Shown: piece after piece, positions 48,548 through 60,825 of the stretch
Position numbering within the stretch: the first letter of the stretch is position 1
Layout of the letters: the number at the start of each line of letters is the position of its first letter
From: Massalongia carnosa
Taxonomy: Eukaryota
DNA: 64,000 nucleotides
Assembly (NCBI GenBank): GCA_965645245.1
Contig: OZ287078.1
Coordinates: 682,001 to 746,000 of the forward strand
Reading direction: 5' to 3'
The notes under the pieces: generated by a model
Told to the model about the DNA's origin: nothing
The model's input: the letters and a program-made list of their open reading frames with translations, nothing else
Databases searched by the model: none
Made by a program: the position numbers and the translations under genes

Positions 48548-50959
48548 TTATTGAAGATACGGTCCATATCTGTTCATAGTATCGTAATTAGCATCACCTG
48601 GCACGCGAGGATTAACAGGTTGACGAACCTCCAAATTCGAGCACGCATGTCACCACTGCCTGTGGCAAAAAGTTCGCCCTGCGGGCTGGGGGCTACAGAA
48701 ATCACTATATTTCGCACGGTATTTGTGAGCAACATGGTCCATTCACCTCCACCACTGCCGTCGATCTCGACCCTTTGGATTGGGGTAAAGCAGCATACCT
48801 GAGTTCTTGTGGCCTTGGAGCATGAGTTGTGTATCGCCTGTATGGGGGTCCCAGAATTGTACACCCCTATCTTTGGATCCGCTGAGCACCCATTCACCGT
48901 CGGGTGTAAGCGCAACGCTAAGAACAAAATCCTGTATATCCTCATCAGAATTTTCTCCCTCGTTCGGCTCACTTGCCACACGAACGATCTCACTCACTTT
49001 ATGGCCCTCGAACGTCCTCAGGCATTTGGCGCTTCTTGGCGGGGGACCTGCCATCATTGGTCGGTTATCCGCCAATTCCCACATCTTGATAGACTTATCC
49101 AGGCTTCCGCTAACAAGAGATCGTCCATTGGGTGCAAAAGCCACGGAATATACACTATCTTTGTGGCCGTCAATTCCATCTAGTCGCTCGATCAAGAATC
49201 CAGTTCGAGCGTCCCAAACTCTCACACTTTTGTCGAGAGACCCAGCTGCAACATATTCTCCACCAGGTGAAATAGCTACAGTCGTGACGCCATCTTCAAT
49301 GCTTAGGTTCAATACTTCCTGGCCGCTTTCAATGTCCCACACACGAACTGTCCGATCACCGCTGCCAGATGCGATATGTTTACCATTCCGAGCAAAATCT
49401 AGAGAATAGATGTCCTGCTCATGCCCGGAAAAGGTGTGTCTGATGGTGCGTGATTGTATATCCCAAACCTGCAAACATATTGTCAGCTGAATAGTTCAAA
49501 AAGTTGAATTGAACCAGACTTAAAAGTAAGAACGCACTCTGATTTGCTTGTCTTCGGCACCTGTTGCCAAGTATTTCCCATCGGGGCTGAAGCAGACGCT
49601 GCGAATATACAAGTCTCCATCCTTGTCAACCGTTTCATCCTGTAGTTTAGTCACCTGATTACCAGTGGAAACTTCGAAGATTTGCGCCGACCGATTGCAT
49701 CCGGTAGCAACGTATCTACCATCAAGACTAAACCTAACACAGCATACGACACTTTCATGGGGCAGATTATGCACAAGATCGACGTCGAGGACTCGTCGGA
49801 TACGAGGATTGAACACTGCAAACCAATCAAGCCCCTCGCGCTTCTGGTCTGGGCGTAGCTGTTCAGGATCTAGATCGGCAAGCTGATTGCCGACATTGGG
49901 AATCTGCGGTTGTTGTTGCTGTGTTGGCGGACTTTGTCTTCCTAGCTGCGGTGATCTTGGATCCTGATATGGAATTGTATGATTTTGCTGAGGAGTGGCG
50001 GGTCCTGGTCCAGGCTGTACCCGATTGCTCCGACCCTTGCCTGGACCAGGAGAAGCGATCGGTTGCTGGGTTTGGGGGGTGTATCCTAATCGAAAAATTA
50101 GCGGAGGGTTTCGCTTTCCTTTTCAGTATATAACCTGTGACACGTGGCCTAAAAAGCTTAAGAAAATCATGAACACAGTTTAAATGGAGGATTTACCATT
50201 ATTCATGCTAGAAGGCTGTGGGTAGCCCTGGTATGGTGGCTGCTGCAGCCCGGGTGGTGGCTGGGGCATTTGATGCTGCTGGGGAGCTTGAGGCTGTTGC
50301 TGATCCTGAGAGGGAGGTACAAGGCCTGGATTGCCCTGGCCCGGTGGATTAGCCATGATGCCACCAAATAGGTTGCTGGGACCATGGCCAATAGCGGGAG
50401 GCTGAGGCTGCGAGACTCCATGAGGAGGCAGCCCACTTATACCCACATGGGATGGCGGTCCCCCCCGAGCTTCGATCTCATGGCGCAAACGAGCAATATC
50501 TTCTTCATATCTGAGCCATGGTTAGTAGGTTGGGAAAATGTGACTAAGCATATAGTATCTGGATATACCTTTGCTTGATAGCTATTTGTGTTTGTTCAAG
50601 ATTGTACACTTTTTGTCTTACCATCTCCATTTCTTGCAGCTGAGATGCCACTGAAGAATTCACGTTCATTAGCAGTCATTAAATCTAGCTTCAGCGTGGT
50701 TGTTTCGATTTCGAAAAATTCAGATTGTAGATCTTTCTGGTGAAATGAAATCTCTCCTGCACTTAACATGCGAAGTATGTAGCAAATCATGCAGCAGAGC
50801 AGTGTAATCACGAATTGATAGGAAAGAAGCAAACGTACTGTTCTGCTCATATTCGCCATTCCGACTTTGTTGGCTTTCGAATTCCGCTCGTACCTGGTCC
50901 AACAATTCTGTCAAGCGATTGTTGGGTGCAGGCACCATACCACGATGCGCGTTATACAT
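48548..50959 (-). CDS. TUP1: General transcriptional corepressor Tup1 (RcoA/Rco-1), multi-exon
   Basis: [14 protein letters not shown] (Tup_N); [65 protein letters not shown]. Confidence 0.95.
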
Positions 50960-51621
50960 TATCAATGCGAGTGCCAAATAGTCGCTGAAAAATATTCTCG
51001 AGTTGATATGTAGTCTCACAGGCTAGCTTAGGAGGCGCAATGTTGTAACGTTTTGCAAACAACACAGGAGAGTAGACCTGGGTGATTGCTTGAAAGGAGT
51101 ATTCGAGTGATGCTAATCCGGAGCAAAAACTATAAGTTAATTTGGGGCTTCGCTGTCGTTGGCTATCTATGAGAAATGGATAGTGATGAGGGTCTAACGT
51201 AGGTTATGTATGATAAAGATCGTTTCGACGGAGTAAGTTAAATCGGGTAGTCGCACGGATGGATCCATATCGTGAGACTTAGTTAAGCATGGATTATTGA
51301 GCTTAATTGTGACCACTCGTCCGATACATGGTTTTACATATACAGTACAGAGTACACACACCCCTGTTTACAAAGCACTCTATACTGATTACACTGTACG
51401 GTACAAATAACAAGTAACAACAGATTTCCTAACCTCCGGAAATGAAAGAGTCCAAGCCGTATGTAGGTATCCGATCATAAGATACCTAGGCAATGTTTCT
51501 CTGTTCTCTACGGAGTAATGATTGTATATCTCCAGAGTATACGGAGTATGTATGTATCTGTAATTTATGTTTCTCCTTGATCTTTTCTTCTCGGTGCCAA
51601 AGATAACTGTAGTTTTGAGCT

Positions 51622-52649
51622 TCAAACTTCGTTTGCACTGCCCATATGTTTTTTTGTCTTCTCGTATACTAGAAATGTTACCCAAGTCCCTGGTAGCACC
51701 CTCGTTAAGTTTGGCCCCAGTCCTTTGTAGAAGCCTGCTACACTCTCATGCCGCCATATCTGGGAAATAACATCGCGTACACCAATGTACGTGTTACCTG
51801 CGTTGTACATTTGCAATCTTGACCTTACAACCTGGGATGGATAAGTAACGATTCCTGCGAACAATTTGGCTAGCCCACTGAGAAGCAGGAAGTCAGAAAT
51901 GCTCAGCTCCCGGGTCTGCTTGGTTGTGTTCATTCGATACAGTTTCAACTTTTCGTAAGCCATAAACTGTAAAGCACCATGGGAAACACCAAGAAGGGAA
52001 GGTATCAGACCACGATAAAAGCCCTGCAGTCCTTCCGATCGGATTATCTGCATTGTGCCGTCTGCGATGGAGCTGTAAGCACCAGGGTGTTTGGATGATG
52101 TGGATAGCATGCGAGTTTTAAGCACCCAGATCGGATTTGTGCAAAAAGCAGTGAATGTTCCTAGTTTTCAAAGATCAGATAGAGCTTTGGCATCATCTTG
52201 AAAATTTTTCTATGAAGCCCTACCTGCGGCACCAGAAGCCAGGAGGTAGTCATAGTATAAAAGTCCCGATTCTCGCCTGTGATACTGTTGGAGGCCTCGT
52301 TTAAGCTGATCATAGCATAAAAAGTAGATGGCCCAGCTCAAAGAATTTCCAATGACATTGGGCGTTAATCCACGATAAAACGCCTTTACCGCGCCCTCAG
52401 GTGACTTAAAGATAATCCGTGCAATGCGGATTGAGCTGCCTATTTGGGGCGAAGATGAGCGATCAACTGGGAAGGTTAACGGAAACCTCCCAAGTGATTT
52501 CACGATGTCCAGCGGTTTTACTTCTTACCTTGCAAGCGGGTTTTTATAACATCTAGAGGATGTGTAGTAAGAGTTGATGCGATTCCAGCTACGAATCCAG
52601 CAACTGGCTCAATGGCAGACTGCGGAAGAACATAGACCTTGTCGGCCAT
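51622..52649 (-). CDS. FLX1: Mitochondrial carrier, FAD/folate type, 3 exons
   Basis: THPLDVIKTRLQ; FYRGLTPN; TNPIWVLKTRM; GVSHGALQFMAYE; TYPSQVVRSRLQ; GFYKGLGPNL. Confidence 0.85.
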
Positions 52650-53051
52650 GTAGTGCGAGGGACGAGAACCAAATGTACAAGATTCATGAATAGGTAAATT
52701 CTTTGCTGCTACGCTATGTAAATAAGGAAGTCTGATGTAGCCAAAGTTCTATTAATGTTTCATCGACCAAAACGAATATCCCTATATATCATTTAGAAGA
52801 ACATTAACACTGCTTACCGCTGCTAATTGCTAATTTTGCTAATGGCTATGCAAGATTTGAAAGAAACATAAAAAAGCAAAGAATGGTACTATCATCACTG
52901 TGCATGAGTTTGATATACAACGGAGCTGGAAGTTTGCATTGATTCCTCTAAAATCCATCCAAGCGCTCCAACCCTCAAGGTTTGCTTCTGAAAGCATAGG
53001 TGTTTATCATCGTACAGGTGGCGCCCCAGCTTAAGATATGGACAACGATGC

Positions 53052-53419
53052 TTATACCGCGAATGGGGAAAGCAGTCTGCTACCACATTAGCGAGGCAGT
53101 CACCCACATAGAAGGGTCCACATACCGTATGAGTGGAGGTTTAGGGTCGCTTCGAGTGTAACCTAACAGAATCAGCGCCTGCTTGTTGATCAAGCATGGA
53201 TCTAGAATACCAAGGTAAACTATTAAAGGGAGATAGCCACTTCCACAGAGTCAGCATTCTATAGTATCATTCGTCCCATACATCCTACTAATGTATTGCC
53301 ACTCTAGATATATCTATTATTTTCGTAATCCTCTCCTAAAGTAGGTTAGTTCCTGGTGCGTTGAATCTTGCCATGTACAGAATACAATTTACCTTTGTTT
53401 CCTCTGACAGTTGCAACAT
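53052..53419 (-). CDS. TOM7: Mitochondrial import receptor small subunit Tom7, 5 short exons (not recovered by the ORF track)
   Basis: Spliced: MLQLSEETK|ERITKIIDISRVAIHY|GYLPLIVYLG|YTRSDPKPPLIR|LLSPFAV*. Confidence 0.92.
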
Positions 53420-53824
53420 ATCTTTATAGATTTGAGGCGTTGCTTTGAGCTTGAACTGGCACAGGAGCTGATGATGATCAAGGAGGGATTTCGTTACATA
53501 AAGCAAGTGAATTATTAACAGAGTATTAGTATTTGAGCTAAGAGCTATAATGTAACAAAACGGTAAATTATGGAGCACTCTAACAGAGTAAAGCCTACCG
53601 AATGAAGTACATAGTACAGTGCACTAACCCAAAGTACTCCGTAATCTGCACTTCCACTTACTAGCTCATCTATGGAGCTCTACTACCCAACTAGTACTTA
53701 TTCAAATATCCAATTTGTATGATTAAGGAATTCAGTTTTCTACCCTCTGTTGTGCCTGACTAAGCTGTAGCAAGCTGTATACTTTATTTCTTCATACTGT
53801 GAAAACAAGACACCCATTTTCATC

Positions 53825-54979
53825 ATGTCCGGTGCCCGCCATTGGTATGCTCAAACCCTGTCGATGTGAAATTCTATCTAACAATAGTTAGGGAGCAAGA
53901 CAAGGAAGCAACAGTATACATTGGAAACCTTGATGAACGAGTCTCTGATAGCTTGGTATGGGAACTTATGCTTCAGGCAGGACGCATCGTCAACGTACAC
54001 TTGCCGAAAGACCGTGTGACTCAAAGTCATCAGGGATATGGTTTTGTTGAGTTTATTAGTGAAGAAGATGCAGAATACGCTGCTAGAATCATGAACCAGG
54101 TCCGCTTATATGGCAAACCTATAAGGGTTAACAAAGCCTCTGCCGATAAGCAAAAAACGGTCGAGGTTGGTGCAGAGCTGTTCATTGGCAATCTAGATCC
54201 AATTGTATCTGAGCAGACTCTATACGACACTTTTGGCCGGTTTGGCAGTCTAATATCTGCTCCAAAGGTACTACTCTTACCTTCAAGTAATAACTGGGAT
54301 TAATGGGTGCTTTTAGGTTGCTCGCGACGATGCCAATCTTTCCAAAGGCTATGGCTTTGTATCTTTCTCAAACTTTGAGGCTTCGGACGAAGCTATAGCG
54401 AACATGAATGGGCAATATCTTATGAATAAAGAGATATCAGTACAGTACGCATACAAAAAGGACGGCAAAGGAGAGCGCCACGGGGATCAAGCAGAAAGGA
54501 TGTTAGCAGCTCAGGCGAGGAAACACAACGTCCAACCATCAAGTCAACCGCTACCTGTGGGCCTTTTCTCTGGTGGTGCTCCTAGTGCTCCGGCAGCAAT
54601 GCTCGATATCGAACGGGTGAATGGTATCTCTCAAAATAGTGCAGTGGGGTTCATAGCTGGACGAGCGCCTCCAAGCGGCAATTACTCGATCGGCCCTCCC
54701 CTCCCGCAGGCACGCCCTGGACCTCCTTCTCAGTCCCTTCCAGCACCGCCATCAGGATTGCCTGCGCGACCCCCCCCTTCGCAGGCTGGTTATGGGGGCC
54801 CGCAAGGCTTTCTACCACCGGGATTCAACCCTCAACAGACGCAAGTATTCCCACCACCGGGGGCTGGACCCCCATCTGGGTTTGGGCCACCACCGGGATT
54901 TGGTCCACCTCCAGGCCAAGGTCCTCCGCCTGGAATGGCTCCAGGTTTTCAACAGCTGGGTTATGGGAGAGCTCGGTAA
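53825..54979 (+). CDS. HSH49: U2 snRNP SF3b subunit 4 (SAP49), two RRMs plus Pro/Gly tail, 3 exons
   Basis: [73 protein letters not shown]. Confidence 0.95.
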
Positions 54980-55439
54980 CGGCCGAGTTAACCGAGGATA
55001 TTTGGTAGTTGACTCGTAAGAATTCTTTACAAGTTGCCATCCGCGTATATGCCTTGTGTTTACGAGAATATTCTGACCAGCTCGAGGACAGTAAATTTGT
55101 ACATCGTCAAAACCCACTTAGTTACCTTGATATAAGAACCAGGCAATCTTCAAGGAAATAATCTGATGTTGCTCATACCTTGTTGGATATATCGGGCTTC
55201 TTGCATGGACAATTATCTTCTAGGAACAGATAGAAGCCGACCACTTTCATCGACTTCATGATGCAATGCCGATAAATCATCGGTAAAATGCTGTTCAAAA
55301 AGATGATAAGGAAACTAAGCTAAACAAGCCCCTTATAGAGCCATCAGCACGAATGATTCCTCCAGCTCAAGCATGATCTCAATATTCCAGCCCATATATT
55401 AGACGAAGAAAGAGTGGATTCCATAGTCTCCTGGATTCC

Positions 55440-55867
55440 TCAAGAAAATGAAATAAATTTCGGATCCCGCGGTCTGCCATCTGGTCCAATACCGTTTTTT
55501 GCAAACTTCTGCTCTGTAAAAACTCTCCTGGCTTCGTCAAATCCAACCTTTCTGCTCCTCATGATCCTTTGGACCTCCGCCTTGCCTTGTTGATCCAGAC
55601 CTGCGCGAGTATCTCCAGCGGCAATGTTCGAGGTAAGGTCGAATTCGCTAGATGTGAACCCAGACTCGATGTCATTCGAGAAGGATGAGGGAAGCTGATG
55701 GTATAGATAGTCGGGTATTGATACAAGCGGAAGCCAGCGGCTGCGAGTAAAGTATAGAGCTTTGTATCAATGGTCAACTTAAGGCAAATTATGAGAGGAT
55801 GATAAAGCTACGTACCAGTTGCAAATATTAGAAACAAGAACGTAAAAGCGTATAAAATATAACCCAT
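55440..55867 (-). CDS. UPF0357/DUF2015-like small membrane protein, 2 exons
   Basis: MGYILYAFTFLFLIFAT|ALYFTRSRWL..SFSNDIESGFTSSEFDL..DTRAGLD..VGFDEARR..NGIGPDGRPRDPKFISFS*. Confidence 0.85.
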
Positions 55868-56095
55868 TGCTGTTGATCTTGGTTGTCTTGTAAATTGCTC
55901 TAAACACTTTTGGAGTCTAGAACAAGGAAACTTTTGATTTACCTAGGTATTACTTACGCTAAACTAGAGTGAGCATTTTCTTAGTCAGCTTAAGCGAGAC
56001 TTGGTATCCTTGTACCCACAAAATACTCGGTTATCAAAGGAATGGATTTTCATATCGCAAATCAGCAGAGAGTTACGAAGTGATATTCTCAGGGC

Positions 56096-56724
56096 ATGGC
56101 GCATCACGCAAATGTATCTCCGGACCTAATATGGGAAATCTCTAGTAAGTAACCCACAAACCCCCTGAACTTAGTTGGCTGAGAAACTCTGGTAGGGGCA
56201 AACAATTCTTACCTTGTAAAACGCAACACTGGAGGCGGCGTGCAATTCTCCAAGGATCCCTTAAATCTGACAAACAAGCATGCAAGAAAGGTTTCTCATC
56301 AATCAGAATTTCTGCATGTTCCACCACGCTAATAGTATCTCTAGTACTCAGGTTTTGTCAACGACAAGGCAGTTGGCATCCACCCAGCTAAAAATGGGGG
56401 CATAACCTTGACAACTAAGAAAACGAAACACGTTAACCGTCCCGCATCTAATAAGAACGAAGTAACGTGGAGCGCCAACAAATCAGGACCAAGGTTTGTG
56501 GTCACATCACGACTGACTTCGATTTTTGGAGTCTGCTAAACAGGACTCATAGAATATACAAAGGCATCGTCAATTACACGGCAAAGCAGGGCTATAGAGC
56601 GGACCTCCGCCAGGAAGCCGTGGCTCGAGCAAGTGCAATCCGTCAGTCCCAGCGCCCGAAGAAGGATCTTCCTGTAAAAAAAGCTCGCGGGAAGCGTGCT
56701 CAAACAGCACCGGACAACGAATAG
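56096..56724 (+). CDS. RPL28: 60S ribosomal protein eL28, 4 exons
   Basis: VSPDLIWEIS|RANNSYLVKR..FSKDPLNLTNKHARK|YSGFVNDKAVGI..YRADLRQEAVARASAI. Confidence 0.92.
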
Positions 56725-57206
56725 TGTTCGGTTTTTGTTCTTTTAAGCAGGTCCGAGATCATGAGTTGGTGCCATTTGATTTTCAGCAATCGATACACAG
56801 GTCCCCGAAGAAGAGGGAGTCCTCGAAAAAGGGATATCGAAGAAGGGGTATTACTACAGAGACTAGAATGAGGTAGACCAATCAAACCTTCCCTGGCTAC
56901 ATGCCCTTGCTCCTGTGGTGAATTGTTTGTGCTGCATAATTACATTCATAAGCTGAGTGAAAATACGAATCACGCATACATACGTCAGGAAGGCTTGCAA
57001 GGTTACCCCGCCATGCCCGCTTAGGATTGTAGCGGGGTGAAACTACCGCTATCTCCCTCTTAAGATCGCCTGCGAATGATTTCTCACAACCCATTTCAAC
57101 CTTGACAGTGGAATATATCACCTATAAACTACTGCCATTGAGAGCCCACTAGATCATCATCAACCTCATTTTTGTACGTAGACGAAAGTAGACGGAACTA
57201 GAAATA

Positions 57207-58576
57207 ATGGTGAAAGCAGGTATTGACCACATTGATTCTTAACTTGGCCTTGATTAATGTCTCTGCAGTTGTGTTAGGTGCCTCCGGCGGGATTGGTCAG
57301 GTTAGTGATATATTGTCAAATTGCTCGATCGATGGGAGAAAAACTAAGAGCTTCGATCTAGCCGCTTTCCCTTTTGCTTAAGGCCTGTCCTCTTATCGAT
57401 GAACTCTCCCTATACGACGTCGTCAATACTCCTGGGGTGACAGCGGATTTGTCTCACATATCATCTATTGCCGTAAGAAAACTCCAAATTTCTCGGGCCT
57501 GATAGCACTGACACTATAGAAAATCACTGGTTATCTTCCTACAGACGATGGGTTGAAGCAAGCTTTGAAGGGAGCTGACATTGTACTCATCCCTGCTGGC
57601 ATCCCGCGTAAGTGTCCTGAAGATGAACCAGGAACATAGGTAATTGACACTAGGCAGGCAAGCCAGGAATGACCCGTGATGACCTGTTCAAAATAAATGC
57701 TGGGATTGTGCGCGATCTTGTTACAGGCATTGCAGAACATAGCCCAAAGGCTTATGTTCTTGTTATCTCTAATCCTGTCAACTCGACTGTCCCGATTGCC
57801 GCGGAAATTATGAAGCAGGCTGGCGTTTTCGATCCCAAACGCCTTTTTGGGGTGACCACCCTCGATGTTGTTCGCGCGGAAACATTTGTTCAGGAGCTCA
57901 CGGGAGAGAAAGACCCGTCAAAGACTGTCATTCCAGTGATTGGTGGTCATTCAGGCGAAACGATTGTTCCCCTATTCAGCCTGGCGAAACCTAAAGTTGA
58001 GATTCCGGCCGAGAAGCTTGCCCCATTGATCCATAGTAGGCTGTTACCTGGAGGTTAAACCACTGAGGGATGTTGGATTAATATTTAATCTCACAGGAGT
58101 CCAGTTTGGCGGTGACGAGGTTGTACAAGCAAAGAACGGCTCGGGTTCTGCTACGCTTTCCATGGCATACGCAGGTTTTCGGTAGGGCTCACCGCTCCAT
58201 CGAGTCTTATCGCTCCACCAAAGCTGACCGAATTCAAAGATTTGCGGAAAAACTCATCAAAGCCAGCAAAGGTGAGAAGGGCATTGTTGAGCCTACCTTT
58301 GTGTACCTTCCAGGGGTGCCAGGTGGCGATGAGATTGTTAAAGAGACTGGTGTTGACTTTTTCTCGGTACCAGTCGAACTTGGGGTAAGAAGCAACCGTT
58401 CCAACCCTGACTATGCGAAGCTAAAAACAAGACAGCCTTCAGGAGTAGAGAAGGCTACAAACCCAATCCCCAATATCAGCGCGGATGAAAAGCAGCTTCT
58501 TGAAGCTGCTAAGACCGAGCTAAAGGGAAATGTTGAGAAGGGCATTGAATTCGTGCGAAATCCACCACCAAAGTGA
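57207..58576 (+). CDS. MDH: NAD malate dehydrogenase without mitochondrial presequence (cytosolic/peroxisomal type), many introns
   Basis: [70 protein letters not shown]; ends NPPPK*. Confidence 0.95.
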
Positions 58577-58963
58577 TTCACCCGCTCGGGCCTCTTCATT
58601 TGTCTCAACCCCCTATCCTCTCGACTTCCAGATTTCACATTAAAGCCAGATGAACGCTGCGGTTCCGCCATGTCTTATCTGCTGTCATGTGCAAGATGAT
58701 CATTCTGACTGATAGTGTTTGCTGGATAGGCTTTGAGCGTCGTGACATTAGAAATCAGTTATAGGTGGCTTGAGCAATGAGGATTTTTGCTTCGGGGTTT
58801 AATAGATTAGAACGTGTTCACAAGATCAGAATGAAAACACATCTTTCTAAAAAGAAGAAAGGCCAAATTATAGTTCGCCGCCGCCTGATGACGCCTTATC
58901 AGTAAATCGCATAGAAAACATGCCCAAAGCTAACAGTGCCACAGTCCTATCCCCTACATCTCG

Positions 58964-60329
58964 CTAACCCGCTATACTTTTAGGAGGAACGGTCTTGATA
59001 TGAAACACAGCAGCCGGAAGATCAACAATTTCCGCCTGCACCGTCGCGTTGATCCCCATGCTCGCCAAAGCCCCCCGAACAACACCGGAAGGAAACCAAA
59101 GGAACTTTGGCGCAAAAAGCGCAGTTGGTTAGCTATAAAACAGCGAGAGAGTTCGAACTGCTTCCACCGAAAAAAAAAAAAAAAAAAAACCGGGGGCATG
59201 CATACCGATTGCGCCCGAATGACCGCTTCAGCCGGCACCGCCATGCTCATCCGCGCAAACGGCCTGAAGCTATTATCCGTAAGAACGTAAACTCCCTGCG
59301 CGAAAAATTTGCATCAGCCCCCATTCTTCCCCCTTCTCTCTGTGTCTATGTGTGTGTGTGTGTTCAGTTCATGCCTGCCTGCCTGCCTGCCCCCTTCCCT
59401 TCTCCCCGAACGAGGCCCCCGCACCCAGGCAAAAAAAAAGGGGGCGGAACGCACACATATATACATACCCGGTGATTCGTCTTCAGATTGTCGATCTGCT
59501 TGCGGAACACCAGCGTCCACAGGTCCTTGCAGAGGAATTTGATCGCGTCCAGTGTGTCCGTGAAGCGTGGTCGATCCCTCGAGAACCTGCCCTCCAGCCG
59601 CCCGTAAAAACAGGAAAGTGTTAAAAAAGTCTCTCTGTTTGTATGTGTGTGTGTATGTGTGCGTATGTGTGGGTGTGTATGTGTGTGTATGTGTGTGTAT
59701 GTGTGTGTATATGTGTTTGTGTGTGTGTGTGGAGAGAGAGAGGTGTGAAGAGACCACCCCCGGGAGGTAGGCATGTAAATATAATGTCCCGAGAAGAAAA
59801 GAGTGCTCTGCTCGCAGTGTGTAGAAGGACGTAGTAAACCCCCCCCTCCTACTACCTCAGCCTTCGAGGCGGAAATTTTATATAGCTCGCTCGCTCGAGT
59901 CTATGCGTAATTGGCAATGTGCACTACCCACTATAATCCCACCAACCAAAAAAAAGAGCGCCTAGGGTGGGTTGTGGATGAGGAAAGGTTTTCTCCTTCT
60001 ACCAGAACCCCGGGGATTCTCAATCTCACACTCTCACACTCTCTCACCTACCTCTCAACCAATCCCTGACCAACACGATACCCCAAAGTCTCCAGACGGC
60101 GGAAAGCCGATTCCCGCCGCCGCTCGTCCGCCGTCAGAGCGCCTGTCGGGGACTTGACGCCATCATCGTCGCCGTCATCGTCGGCGGCTTGGGCGAGGTC
60201 GAGGTCGGTGACGAGCCGGTAGGACATGGGCACCATTTCGATCAGGAGGAGGTCGAAGCAGGTGGAGTTGAGAAAGGTGGCATGGGGGTCGGAGGCGTTG
60301 TAAGGGGGGAAGGGGGTCTCGAAGGACAT
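58964..60329 (-). CDS. TRS33: TRAPP complex subunit Trs33 (Bet3 family), 4 exons; intron 1 is 59587-60051
   Basis: LETLGYRVGQGLVER|FSRDRPRFTDTLDAIKFLCKDLW..KQIDNLKTNHR|GVYVLTDN..|FLWFPSGVVRGALASMG. Confidence 0.92.
59641..59740. repeat. (GT)n/(GTAT)-interrupted and (GA)n microsatellite in TRS33 intron 1
   Basis: gtatgtgtgtgtgtatgtgtgcgtatgtgt...gagagagag. Confidence 0.9.
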
Positions 60330-60825
60330 AGGGGAGTGTTGGGGAAGGTAGGGTAGTAAATTAGGTAGATAGAGGTACGACGGGCGCGGATGAGATCTGG
60401 TTCGGGGATAGGCGTGGGCTCCATTAGCCCCGTCGCGATTTTGGTTTCGATGTTAGACATTCGTTGAATCCCAATGAGGCCTGGTGAGTCGTCTACTTCT
60501 CGTAGTGAATGATAAGATTTGAGGAATTATAAAATATGGATCAACTTGCGAAGAATCGCAGTTCTTTATTGGGAGCAAATCTGAACTATATACAAGAATT
60601 CTAGTTGAATGAAGGGACCAATGCAAGTACGCCACGAAAATCGCCTTGATTATCTTCCCTCTGTCCTCGCCTCCAGCGGAAAATGTTTGGATATGCATAA
60701 CCACCCTCCGCCGATACTCCATGCACCCTTTGATCCCCATTTGCTGCTGAAACCGGAAAAACTTCAACGTTTGATGGGTATCAAATTACAAATCAAATAT
60801 TGGATATTCCAATTTGAACACATAA

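Noticed and set aside
50655..50837. Longer first intron of TUP1 as a snoRNA host
   Set aside because: Only degenerate box-like matches (GTGATTA, CTGA, ACA) with no convincing terminal stem or rRNA guide.
58574..58698. Stop-codon read-through of MDH to a PTS1
   Set aside because: Context is TGA TTC rather than TGA CTA, and the read-through frame ends in -CAR*, not a PTS1; the splice route is the better explanation.
59987..60009. GGTTTTCTCCTTCTACCAGAACC resembles U5 snRNA stem-loop 1
   Set aside because: The invariant loop GCCUUUUAC is mismatched at two positions and no Sm site or second stem-loop follows.
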